From assembly GCA_964188305.1 (NCBI GenBank), contig OZ076890.1: a stretch of DNA of 64,000 nt. One strand, written 5' to 3'. The DNA is from Podarcis bocagei (taxonomy: Eukaryota). Numbering within the stretch: the stretch's first letter is position 1; each line of letters opens with the position of its first letter. The notes beneath the pieces were generated by a model. The model made no database searches, was not told the origin of the DNA, and saw nothing but the letters and a program-made list of their open reading frames with translations. Made by a program: the position numbers and the translations under genes. This document shows, piece after piece, positions 12,986-25,291 of the stretch.

Positions 12986-13944
12986 TCAAAGCTTACACCA
13001 AAGTCTATTGAAATTACAATAACTTGAAAGAATAACTTAAATTGTATGTCAAGAGTAAAGTTCCTCCAGATGTAATAACCATGAAAAAACCCCTGCTTTA
13101 TATAAAGACATTTTTGTTTTAGGAGCATATTATGATGTCTCACAATGCCACGAAACTAGTGATGCTAAAAATAGCAATTACAGTTGCCCGTTCGAATTCC
13201 CAGGCAGTCATTATGTGTGCTAAAGTTATGGAGGTTTTGCCAAGGATTAATGAAGTCATGGAACTTGAGATAGCTGGAAGTAATTTCTACAATATTTCAT
13301 CCAAATGTTATAGGAATTTTAATTTAATGAAGAGAAAATAGAATAGGCTATTACTTAAGATCCAATTATCGTGTGTGTGTTTTTTTAAAAAAATCCTTTG
13401 TTACAGCAACATAATTCCATATTAGCTAGCAAGTTATGGCTCAGTATTCAGAGGGTCACTTTGACAATTTGGTTGCCCATAAGTGGGATGTGCCACAACT
13501 TGTTGTAGTGCAGAGTACTCCTGTTCATTGTTCCAGTCATACTGATACTCCATTCCCTTCTGTCTGGTTTTCCATCCCGTTTCCAGCATTCATTCAGTAT
13601 TTCCTCACCACTGAGCATACTCGGCCATCATTGGGCAGTTGTGGGGTTGTTTTCCCTTATACTTCTGCAGACCTCAGCTTTTCTTCCAACTACTATTGAT
13701 ACCGCTCTTGTACATGGAAGATGCCATTTTGGATTCATAAAGATCCACACTCCAGAGATTGAGTTCTCCATAAGTACATACAGGGTATTGGTATATAACC
13801 CAAGCTAAGTGATGCTACTATTGTGCCAAGTCCATGATAAGAAAAACTAAACCGAATAATGAAAATGTCAGTATAAACAAACTATGGACACAATCTACCC
13901 ACTTGCAGCCACCAATTCATGGAAAGATTGGCAGTGTTTGTCCT

Positions 13945-14105
13945 CTGAATGTGAATAGGCTTATCTGAAGCATTTTGAACACAAGAAGAGCCTGCTGGAT
14001 CAGAACAAAGGCTTGTCAAGTCCAGTATCCTGTTCTCACAGTCGCCAACCAGATGCCTGTGGAAAACCAGCAAACTATGTGAGCAAAGAATATTCTTCCT
14101 TCCTG
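13945..14105 (-). mobile_element. Old SINE/CR1-tail fragment
   Basis: gaacacaagaagagcctgctggatcaga...tccagtatcctgttctcacagt.gccaaccagatgcc, typical squamate retroposon tail in reverse. Confidence 0.55.
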
Positions 14106-15559
14106 TATTGGGAACAGATTTCCCATATCTGTTTCCCATATCTCTTTCAGCCCTTCCTCTTGTCCAGGTGAAAGTTTCTTGGGCACCATGTACACCAGTG
14201 GAGGTTAAGGGGACATGACACCTCTATTTGTCTTGTGAAATGCCATCTTTGATGTATTTCCACAATCCATTTTGTTTTGTATCTGACGCATAGAGGTTAC
14301 TATTAGTAAGCCACTCCTAGCTGATAGAGGAGGTCAACGTTGGAGAGAAGTTGATTTCTGAAAGTGAAAAAGCCTTGGTGGACATACTAGACTGAGGAAA
14401 CAAGAATAGATAGCAATTACAAATATGACAGATATTCATTGTCTGTAGAAATGAGGAGATACTAATTGCTGAAACACAGAAGGTAACTAGAACTACTGTC
14501 TGCATTGTATTTGTCTCAGCAACATAAACATTCCTGACAGGTGGTATTATATAAGAAAAATTGAACTTATCAAAACAACCCCAAAGGAGGAAACAGATTG
14601 ATTCCCGTCGTAGAGAAGTCCCACCATGTTGCGGACACGATTGCAATGGTAGGGACTGGACAGCATAGGAGGTGTGCTAGCATATGTTGCTAAACTCATG
14701 AAATGCAAAAGCACCATAAATGGCAATCTTAAGGTGTTGGAATTCATCTACTTCACTGGCCAAAGGAGGAATAAACTTGAGCTTGGTACTTTCTGATATA
14801 TAGGCAGGCTCTTTATGAACAAGTAACCAGTACACCCACACACAGAGTGACCTGGTTGACAAGTAGGCTTTATTACCAGTTTATGTAATCAGCAGCAGCA
14901 AAGCTTTGCTGGACATTATCACGTCAGGCTTCCAAGTGTGGCACGTATATGGGATCTTTGTAAAAGCTCACTGTACCTAGAAAAATGCATGTAAGGGGGA
15001 AGGCTAGGCTGCATGGTTTGATTATCTGCATGGTTTGATGAACTGTCTGCTATTCTAATCACCTCATAAACACCGTAGTATGCAATAGAAGAAACTGAAA
15101 CAGAAGAATTGCAATTTGGCTTCGATGGTTCCTCCAGCGCTGAAGCTGTGTGAATTGAGGGCCATAATGTTTGCATTGTGCAGTGAAAACGTAAGCATGC
15201 TGAATCAGAAGTAAGCCCTGTTTTTGTTTTTATTACTTATTTTGTTTTGTTTTTTATTGCAATTTTATGCTGTGAACTGCACTGAGATCTGCGGGTATAG
15301 GGTGGTATACAAATTGTGGTGATGATGATGATGATAAGTGGTGCTTACTTCTTAGGACTACTTACTACTTAGTAAGTTTGTAGTACTTATTACTACTTAG
15401 TGTTACTTACTACACAGTAAGTTTACTTAGGATTGCAGCTTTCATGCTGAATAGTACTAAATTTTGGAATTAATTAGATTTTTAAATTAATACATACAAC
15501 ATTTTCCTAAATCTACACACAAACACAACTATACACATATGTATGTCATACCTGCTAAG

Positions 15560-15730
15560 AGAGACTATGGCTCACTGATAGAGCACATGCTTTGTATTTA
15601 GAATCCCTTATTTCAATCCCTTGTGTTAGGAAAGGCAAAACTCCAAGAGACACTGCTAGTAGAGCAGACCATACTGGGCTAGATGGATGGGCAAACAGTC
15701 TGATGGTGTTAGGCAACTTCCTAGATTCCT
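15560..15730 (+). mobile_element. Old tRNA-derived SINE (related copies ~27870-28040, 45545-45690, 50460-50640)
   Basis: Degenerate A/B-box head (gctca.tg.tagagcacatgctttgca..ca..aggt...ggttca.tccctgg) and shared tail (ctgcca.t.agtg.agac.atactg.gctagatgga...ggca.cttccta). Confidence 0.6.
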
Positions 15731-18700
15731 ATCCAGTCACAAAAGTTTTCTAGATATACTGTACTGTACTTGCTGGCATTTGTAACCAAAAATACATTGA
15801 GACATAGAAACATTAATGTTGCACTTAACAATAGTGAGAGAGACCTAGTCCTTCCTCTGGCATGCACAGAGGGTTGGGGGCAGGAGGGTTCAGTGCAACT
15901 ACAAATTATTGCCATCAAGTAAGCCAGGACAAATTTGTGGACCTCTGTCTTCAGGTCAAGTTTTTCATGCAGTCAGGAATCACATCCAAACTACAACAAG
16001 TACAGTATCTCTCTTTATAATATTTAGTCAACACATGCCGGGATTTGGTTGGTGATCTGACAACCCATTTGGTTTTCTGAGCCACCTTCGATACAGGTCT
16101 GGTGATAGTAAAACTAGTTGTCTTGGGAGCTAAAGTAATTTCTAGACTATCCCAGGTTGTTCTATAATCTGTGGATATTGGAGGGATGAAATGAAGACAC
16201 AGCAAAAGAGAGGAAGGATGCAGATGTTTAACTTTCCACCAGGGGTCCTCCTGGCTGGAATGGTTTGTTTACATGTAGAAAGGTTTAAAGTCCTCTTAAA
16301 TGCCTTCCTTTCTAGATGATGCTACCTATTTTTTTTACAAAGTCCTACATTTACTTACTCGTATTTAATTTTAATCCCACCTTTCCTCAAAATTTTTACC
16401 TTCATCTTAGATTTATGGCTAACAAAAATCCTTTCAGGCTAGATATTCAGAAATGAGACTTAAACTTCTTTGTTGGACAAGATAACATACAGAAGACTAG
16501 TAATGAAGGTGTTTTCATGCTATTGTATTATGAAAACTGATAATCCACTTCTGTTCGTATACTGTAGATCACTAAATGTTGCACTGGAGGCACAATGACG
16601 TGATTTTTGTTATTGTTGCTATGGAATGACTTCATTGTAGCTTGAAAGAACTGACATTTTACCATGGTAAAAGGGATGTGTGAATTGGCCTTCTAATTTA
16701 TTAGTACTGATACTACGCAGCGTTCCCTTAGTGCTTGATACCACACATTCCATGCTTGGAACACAGGGTGAATATTGTCTTACCTTATTTACAATATTCT
16801 GGTTATTTAAACACTCTCTTTACAATAATAGAACAAAAATCTTGAGTTTGCAAATAGGAAAAAAGCAGTGATTTACTGTTTTAGGGGATTAGTGTTCTCA
16901 GTTTTGTTGAAAGTTATTGTGGACATAGAAGGCCAGTTTTTGTTAAGCTGCTGCTAGAAATCTGGTAAGAGTTAAAGAGCTAAGAATTACGAGATATGAC
17001 AGCATTATGTAATTATTTATAGTTTATCATCCCTTATGTAAGTGCTTGCGGGTTATGTATTCTCACTTGTGTCATTAACATGTTCATTAGTTAGAGGTGG
17101 AAAGAGTGAGAGAGCCATTAGAGAAGAATTGTAGTTAAGATTTCATTTGCGGTATGGAGCTGTGGCAGGAAGTGCTTGGGTTGCAGAAAGCATTATTAAT
17201 AAAAAGAAACATATTTGCATTTTATTGCAAATCCAGCCCCTTTGAGTGGAGAGAGAAAAGGTTAGCCATCTTCTTCAGCTCTGAATTGGTTTTCAGTGCC
17301 TGCTTCTGATAGCTTTTATCTTCTGGAGTAATTTCCTTGACCATTCTAGTTCCCGGCGCAGTTTACCTTTATCGTGGATATATACCACAGTCTTAATTTG
17401 TAAGCTCATTATAACATACTTCCATGTGGCAAGGAGAGTTTTACCACATTTTGGGGCTTCACCAGAAAGCAAGGGCTTCAGAGAACTGATAAAATCCTGC
17501 TCACCATTTGACTGGATACTGCGGCATTTCCTGTGGATTCGTACCTAATTCTAGTAAACTACCACTCGCTAAATGGTAATCTGTATTCACCTTTCATCCA
17601 AGTTTGCAACATTCCTGCAAAGGGCAAAGATTCCTATGGTGAAAAGGGACTCCCGCCGCCTTTGCGCACAGGTATTTGCACGAAGAGGAGACATTGTGGA
17701 CATCTTGACAGCTGGCCCACGGCATGCTTATTAGTTGCTCCTTTACTGTCCACTCCACTTCCTCATCTTCCCAGCCATCTTTCTTCCCTTCTGCAAGCGC
17801 CAAACCCTGTCCCTTCACTGAGCCCCAGCCTCTCCAGATTAGAGCTCTCCAGGGACCTTGTCTTTTGAAAAGAGGAAAGAAAGGGAAAAAAGGGAGGGGA
17901 AAAGAAAGAAAGAGAGGGAACAGAAGAATGAAAACAGACCCAAGGGGCAATAGTCCCTCGAGCCATCTCACTGCATTACAATGAATATGGACTCTATTAA
18001 GCTCCGTTCTGCCTGTTAGCGTTTCCCAGGGCAACACAGCTCCCATATGGCAAGCATGCAGCAGATTAGCGTAGGCCTCTAGGCCTCATTGAAGACCTGA
18101 GGCTTGACTGGCAGTTGAACTCCCTCCCCCCTTCTCCTCACACTTGACACTGCCTGTGTTTATCTAAAGCGGGGTGGGGGGGTGCATTTGGAAGGTTATT
18201 GTCCGGGGCAATGAGAGATAGGAGAGGGAATAACTGAGCCAAGCTGGGAAGGAAGAAGGAACATGGGAGGGAGTGGGGCTGGCTGGCCAAAAGAGGGAAA
18301 GAGGGAGGTGAGAAGGGAGCAAAAGGAGATAGGAAGGAGGGAAGGTTGGAAGGGGGATGGCAAAACACTTCATAAATATTCAGGAAGGATGCTGAATAGG
18401 GAGAGGAGAAATAAAGCAGATGGAATTCATGTTAAAGAACAGCCACAATCACCCTCCAAAAACAAGAAAAGAAAAGAGAACTGCTTTAAAGGAGCATAGG
18501 GAACGACGTTTATCCAATTAGCAGGGTTGTCAAATTGAATTTATACAGAATTGAAGGGGGGGGGAGAGGAGTGAAAATTAAGTGTGTGGGGTTGGGTGGG
18601 GGGAGAAATATATAGAAGAAAGGAAGTGCATCTCCCCCCCTTCCCACTCTAGTAAGGAGATTTTATCCTTTATAGGGCTAAGGCAGTTTCCAGAGTGTGT

Positions 18701-20136
18701 GGAAGGCGGGCAACGCAAGGGGTAAACTGACTATTCCATTTTATTGTGATGTTCTCACTTTGGATAAGAGGGTAGAAAGAAGTAACAGAAATGAAGCATG
18801 ATGCAAGAACGCCAGCATTGCTTTTGATTAAGGCCGCTTTGTACCTGAGAATGCTATGAATTTGGGACTGGGATATTAAGTATATTAGATTATCAGTGGA
18901 AGTCCCCTATCATACACAATTGTGATAGGCAATTGTCACTTTAGCTGGTGACATTGGTTTCTGGGTTGCAAGAGAGAGTTCACGTGCCATAATTCCTTCA
19001 GTCCTTAGTCTATAGGCAAGGGTCTCAGTGGTAGAGTTGCATGATGGTTCTAAATGCTTTCAGTGGCAGTCGATTGATAACTGTCTAATTTTCTTGTAGA
19101 CTACCAAAAGAGCTAGGGAAGATTTGATGATATGAATGTATGTGTGTTAATAATGATCTACTGACTAACATTGAAACAGAATTTTTCTGCTTTTTATCAC
19201 TTGGTCAAATGGGCAACCTAATCTGTAAGTAGCCACATTAATCTGTTGCAACAAAATCAACAAAGACCCTTGTGACATGTTAAAGACTAACAAATGTCAT
19301 CATTGCATAAGCATTTGTGGGCTTCATCATGAAAGCTAATGCCTTAATAAAATGTGTTAAGCCTTTAAAGTGATACAAAACTCTTGGCAGTTTATTCTCA
19401 TAGAAATGTATGTCTTTGATTTGTGATTGTGCAATACAGTACAGTAGGTATGAAGACCTGGGAAAAATAAGAGTTTCCACCTGTTGTTTTTTTTAACACC
19501 TGAGCTTTCACATCTCATTCTTCCCCTCCTTCATCGTTACTTTTTACATTTTGTCCTACAATACCCACCAAATTCAAGAATCGTTAACAATAGCAGCATG
19601 CACTCGTGGTCTTATCTGTAAAGCAGAGAAAACCCCAAAATTATATTTTTATTCAAAAGTCAGTTATGTGAAAGAATACAGCAAGACCTATTCATTGAAC
19701 TCTTACTGAGAAACAGCTATTGTCAAAAGACCTATTTTGGGTGTTCTTAGTCATGCAATTATAGTTCCGTGAGGAGTGTCAGTGGGCCACGCTAGATGGC
19801 TCTGACCCTACTGTTGTGTCCCCTTCATCACCTTCCACACATTGGAGGGTGGGGGAAACTGAATTGGGGAGGCTGCTCTATGTGTTTAGGCTCACTCCAT
19901 GATTCAGAACTCTGCTTGGGCAGATGCTCTATACCAGACCGTCCCTCTTCAGTGTGTGGAAGATGGTTAGGGGATCATGATGGAGGGGCAGGGCCAGCAA
20001 GTGTTGTCCCACTTTCCCTCTCAGCAGTAATTGCAGAAGGGAGAACACCTGAATAGGGCTTAAGTTTCGGGGAGTTATCTAAGTGTCATAAACCTTGAGC
20101 TTTCACTAAGAAGGATTCACATTGTACTACTCACAA

Positions 20137-20321
20137 GCTGTGCACACACCATGCCTTTAAAGCACATTTAAGGTGTGTTTCCCCTCCCCCAAAGAATCAT
20201 GGGAACTATAATTTGTTAAGGGTGCTGGAAACTATAACTCTATGTAGCGTAAAACTACAATTCTCAGGATTCTCATGGGGGGGGGGCAAATGTGCTTCAA
20301 AGGTATGGTGTGTATGCAGCC
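20137..20321. mobile_element. Palindromic MITE
   Basis: GCTG..CACACACCATGCCTTTAAAGCACATTT / AAATGTGCTTCAAAGGTATGGTGTGTATGCAGC inverted ends; internal gaatc.tgggaact../..aattc.caggattc. Confidence 0.7.
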
Positions 20322-23300
20322 GCAGTCTCACCTCTATAGGAGAAACCATAAGTAGCAATTCAACAGCTGGTCTTAATGTGGTCAGTTAATGAGCTATTCC
20401 ATAAGTATTTGTGTCACTATTCTGTGTGGGCTTACTTGACCTATGGTCATGACCTATTGTTCTTAACATATATGGAAATGTATGTGTTACTGAGATCGAT
20501 GAGCTAAATTTTTTTCAAATACTGTACATTATTTTGTTCTTTTAAAAAATTGCCCCCTGCTTTCCCCCTTCACAAATGAGTTGCTCAAAGCAGCATAGAA
20601 GAAAGCATAAAAGTAATAGTGATCCAACCATTAAAACAAAAAATGAAATTAAGCCTGTAATCTTAGTTGACTTGCAAGTGACCTACTATAAATCTTGTCT
20701 TGCAGGTAATTGCTTATCTTCATTACCATGAGCAATGATGCAGACTAATTGTTTTGTATACCTGTAGACAAAACTAATCCATGCAAACAAAAAATAATTA
20801 GAGATTACTATATTCAGATCAAGAGGGAAGCCTAAAATGTCCATTTTATGAGGTCTGATGTTCACAACATTTAAATTGTGTATTTAGCTTGGCTTTCCTG
20901 TTTCTAAAATCAGTCTTCAAGAGTGGCATATCTAGGGCTGATGTTATAAACTGGTCTGCCACCTCAGATTCCTTGTAAATGTCACCAAAGTGGAGAAGAT
21001 TAATGGATTGGTTTACATCCTTGGCCTGCACTTTTTTTTAAGCTTTCTTTTCTATCGTTTTTCAGCCCTCAGAAATGGGCTGAGAGCACATGACTAATTG
21101 TGGGCATGCCTTCTCTGCAGCATCCTGCTGCTGGCTCGCCTCTATGACAAGAATGGGACATCATTTCTGGTTGGGTTTTTTATCAATCCAGCCCAATACA
21201 TGGTCAGTATGGAACATAGTTCAACTTTGTAAATAGATTCTCTTTGGTACCTGACAACAGGAGCAAAAGTGGCAGAGTCAAGACTGTCTTGTTTGGCAGC
21301 CCATTTAAAACCTAGACTTTCCTAATGGAAGTGTTGCAATGTCTGCTTATTTTCCTGCATGATAAAATACATAACTCGTGCACTCTTCCCTTACATCTTT
21401 TCTCAGCTTAAGTAGTGCAAAGGCGAGCAAGATATTAACAGTTAAAAGGAGTAGTCATTCTTCTTCCCCCATGCCGTAGCCTTGAAGTGTTTCTTTATTT
21501 GTTTCTGTCTAAATTGTACCTGTGACTAAGCAGGGGCAAAAACTGAAAAGTACAGACTCTTGGTTGTGTTTTATGCAGTGGGATCCTATCCTTATTTACT
21601 CATAGGTTCAGTGGGAATTACTACCAAATCACTTCTCATAGCATCACAGGCCAGTTCACTCAGCTTGTAGAACTTTGATACGTCAATCCCTTTGACTGAA
21701 GACCTGGCAGAATTGCAGTTGCCCTTAGACAGGAAACCACCTTACAGGCTTTGACAATTCTGCCTGCCTGTCTGAGTTCCCTTTTCATTTCTCCTTTCCC
21801 CAAACACCTTCTCCCTTCCCCCATTGTCCTTCATCCATTCCTCAAGTTGCAGCAAAAGGCTTGCTCATGCCCAGCAGCTGAAACACGGGCTGTTTTTCAT
21901 TTAGGACCCTCCTCATAAATTTCAGATGGTGTGGTAGTAACAAGAATTGCTTGGCTGGCCCTTATTTAAGCAGCAGGGGGTCTGGAGCTGCAGGCAGCAT
22001 TTCCTCAATAAAACCTTCAGATTCTAATCAACAAACACCTCTATAGCTGCCAATGTTACTATTCTAGGACCCCCTCAATCTTCCTTTGTCTCTTCCTCCA
22101 TCCCTCTTCTTGTTCTCAGCAGTGTATACAGATTTTTCCACATATACACACTTTTGAGCAGCATGGGGATAGGTAACGCTGATGATATTAGCTTTTACAC
22201 CTCATGCATCTGATTCTCTCCCTCCTTAATCTCTGCCAATAGTGTAATCGTTGATTTAATGAAAGTGACTTCCATGCCCCCAGTCCACGGACAGGAAATT
22301 GTTTTTAACCTGAAGGGAAATAATTTATAAAAACAAAGTTCTTACTTTTCATTTCCTCTAATCCATTGTCCCTGTTGCACCTTTACTGGTGGGATAATGA
22401 AGGATGCAGTCCAGTCAAAGTTGAGAATTTTAAATTGACTGAATTCCATTGATTGAATGGAAGAGTGAAGCATGGGCTTATATCTCTTCCCTTGGAGTTA
22501 AAAATGACTTTAAAATGCTTTACTTTGACAGTACCATGCTCAAAGTAAAGTCTAAATCTAATTTGACACTGCCTTTGAAGTCAGTGGGGTGAGGATTCTA
22601 GCCTGAGTCTGGATGCATTTATATTGGTCTGGTTTTATTTTATTTTTAAATTCCTTACTGCGGTATGTGAGCACTGTGTCTATATAGTATCTGGTGTATC
22701 CTTGTGTGACAATTTTCTGTGTCTCCTATTTTTTACCATAATTTTCCCCAAAAAAGCTTTTCTTTTCCTGTTTTTTTCCTCTGTATTGTATCTGTTTGTA
22801 TTAAGAAGAGCCCAGGGGCTGAGGAAATCTATTCATTTGTCTTTCTGTTTAAACCAAAATATTTTTTATAACCACAGCCAAGTAAAGAGGTAACAGAACT
22901 TGGCAAACAAACTATTTAAGCTGCACTTGATTGGACGTGTTCTTATTTTATGTCCTAAAAATATCCGTAATAGCACATTAGTTCACTGCGATGTTTCATT
23001 TGTGGTGGATAGAGTTTATACAATGGGAGCTAAGCAGGACTGTGCTGTTCACATATTAATTTTACTACAAATGAAAGATCCACTGCAAGGGAATGTGTGG
23101 TGGTGGTGAAAAACAGTCATATTGATCACTACCATGAATGCAATGTGAACAGTGCTTATGTTCTTCCACTGAATGCTTAAGTACAGTTGCATCTTGGTAC
23201 ATTGACAATCCATAGGCTTCTATGTGCTTAGTTTACATGAATTTGCTGTTCGAAGAGGCAATTACTGCTGCTAACTTCAAGTAACCAATAGTCCACTTGT

Positions 23301-23833
23301 TTAAATACTCATCATTTTTATCATACACTGCTATTTGCAGTATAATTGTGGCAGCTTTCTTGACCCTCTGGCTACGAGACCTTCTGGATCTTGTACTGAA
23401 CCATTTATTGATTTGCCGACATCAGAGAAGATAAATGTGCATTGCGTTGCATTCATGTTTATGACTTCCTCTTGTAAACAGTCCTTGCAAAAGAGGCGAT
23501 AAGATCTGAACCACCTAGTTTCTTCACCTCAAGCTGCCTTCATGGCAAGATGGAATGCCGCCTTCACTTATTAGGGTTAAGAGGCACAACTATCCATGTT
23601 TGCCTTTAAATTTGTGATTCCATCCTCTGAGGACTAAATGCTGACTCTGGGTGTTGATGTGCGTCAAAAAAAACTACCAGTATTCTCTTGACTCTTGACT
23701 AACCTACTATTTTATCTCTTATCTCCCTGTCATCCAGGGCACCTCACAAAGCTGAATTTCCACCCTTAAGTCCTCTGGGGCAGCTTATGGGAACTTCACT
23801 TGGCATCTTTTGCTCCAGACTCCTCTGCATGGG

Positions 23834-23918
23834 ATGGCCATGATATCAGAGGGGGAAAGACCAATGACTGCTATCATCTGTTTGCTCTTGGCATCTGCTG
23901 GTTGCATTGCAAATTTGG
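23834..23918 (+). CDS. BOC: BOC coding exon 1: signal peptide MAMISEGERPMTAIICLLLASAGCIANL (exon acceptor at 23819)
   Basis: tgctccag|AC acceptor; GGGATGG Kozak; hydrophobic CLLLASAGCIA resembles human CLLLATAGCFA; donor G|gtgagt, phase 1. Missed by the ORF track. Confidence 0.88.
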
Positions 23919-23959
23919 GTGAGTGTCCCCCCCCCCCCATTTCCCCCTAATAAATGTTT

Positions 23960-24058
23960 AGGGAAGCTTTTAATGTTTGATGTATTACAGTATTTTAATA
24001 TTTTTTTGGAAGCCACCCAGAGTGGCTGGGGAAGCCCAGCCAGATGGGCGGGGTATAA

Positions 24059-24113
<55 letters not shown>
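23960..24113 (+). mobile_element. L2-type LINE 3' tail with (ATT)n microsatellite
   Basis: gccacccagagtggctggggaagcccagccagatgggcggggtataaat + ~17 ATT units; inverted copy at 41309-41420. Confidence 0.75.
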
Positions 24114-24114
<1 letters not shown>

Positions 24115-25012
24115 GCTGCTGCATTTTCAAGGACTCAACTTTATTTCCATTTTGCTTATGGGATTGGTCCTACTTCTCAACTTTCAAATGCTGCCCTCCC
24201 TTTAATCTTTTTCTGTAGCCTTATTTTCAGCCACTTAGGACTGCTTTCAAATCCCAAGTCAACATTTGAGAATCATTGCTGAGTCATGAAATTTGCTGCT
24301 CACCTGGAGTGAGTAGCAATTGCCTATGGGTGAGCAGCCAAATGGCAAACTCACCTAATTCCAGAAGTGGTATACCTCTAACCATGAAGTGATGGGAACA
24401 AAATAACAGAAGAGGCCTTTCTTGCTTTATGAGATTTCCAGGGCTACGGTATATCCCTGTTAAAAACAGAATGTTGTCCTTTGATCTGATTCAGCAAGAC
24501 AGTTCTTACATTCCACTCTGTACTGCTTTTTTACTTAGTCACCATAGGACAGTACTTTGCTTCTCTCACTATGGAAGCAGAGTATTACAAATGTTCTCTA
24601 TGTGTACTGTCTCTCTTGAAGTAGAGGGCAGGACAGAGAGAGAGAAGGCAGCTAGAGTAGTGCATGATGGAACATGCCTTTAACTACATATAAAGCCACA
24701 TTAACTCAGCATGGTGCCCTTGTTGAGAATGAAGATCTATATCCCTAAAGTGAAGTCTCAACAGTTGAATGTGATGTATTCTTATGGTCTTACTAATAAG
24801 TAACCAACCACCAAATGCCAATAGCCTTCAACCTGTGGTATCATCTTGTTCTATTTTTATTGAATTCTGTTCAGAATGGTTAATGCATGACAAGCCTAAA
24901 CAATGTGAATGTGATTAGAATGTAGATAGCTGGTACCTACAGTGTTAGTAGATCTGCCTCCCTTTTGTAAGCCAGTGTTCATGAGGATTTCTCAACTGTC
25001 CTCCTTTTTCAG

Positions 25013-25291
25013 GTCAATCTCGTCAGGTCACCGTGCAGCCTGCTTCTGTGGTCCAGAAGTATGGTGGCTTGGTCAGCTTGAGGTGTGGGGTCGAGCCCTT
25101 GACTGTAAATGTGTCCTGGAGACTAAACGGAAAGGAGCTGCTTCACTCAGATGACATCCTGGGGATCCATATTGATCAGAGATTGCTTACCGTGGCTTCC
25201 TTAAACAACGACACAGTGGGCCGGTACCAGTGCATAGCCCGTGTGCCTGAAGGTGTTGTTGCCAGTGTTCCAGCCATGGTAACATTAGCTA
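25013..25291 (+). CDS. BOC: BOC coding exon 2, Ig1
   Basis: tttttcag|GT ... QVTVQPASVVQK...WRLNGKEL...VGRYQCIAR...VTLA; A|gtgagt; 279 nt. Confidence 0.96.

Noticed and set aside
14541-14652. CCACCATG-MLRTRLQW resembling the human BOC N-terminus MLR
   Set aside because: Stops after 8 codons, and splicing at TG|gtaggg onto 23819 creates TGA. The true signal-peptide exon is at 23819-23918. At most an unproven UTR exon.
15340-15440. Odd TACTTAC/AGTAAG iterations
   Set aside because: Looks like slippage inside a decayed palindromic repeat; no regular period or other support
1-23800. BOC promoter/first exon and GLI sites
   Set aside because: No CpG island outside transposons and no exact GACCACCCA noticed by eye; the promoter is probably upstream of the window
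23846-24218. Poly-N / poly-L ORFs
   Set aside because: Translation of the (ATT)n microsatellite
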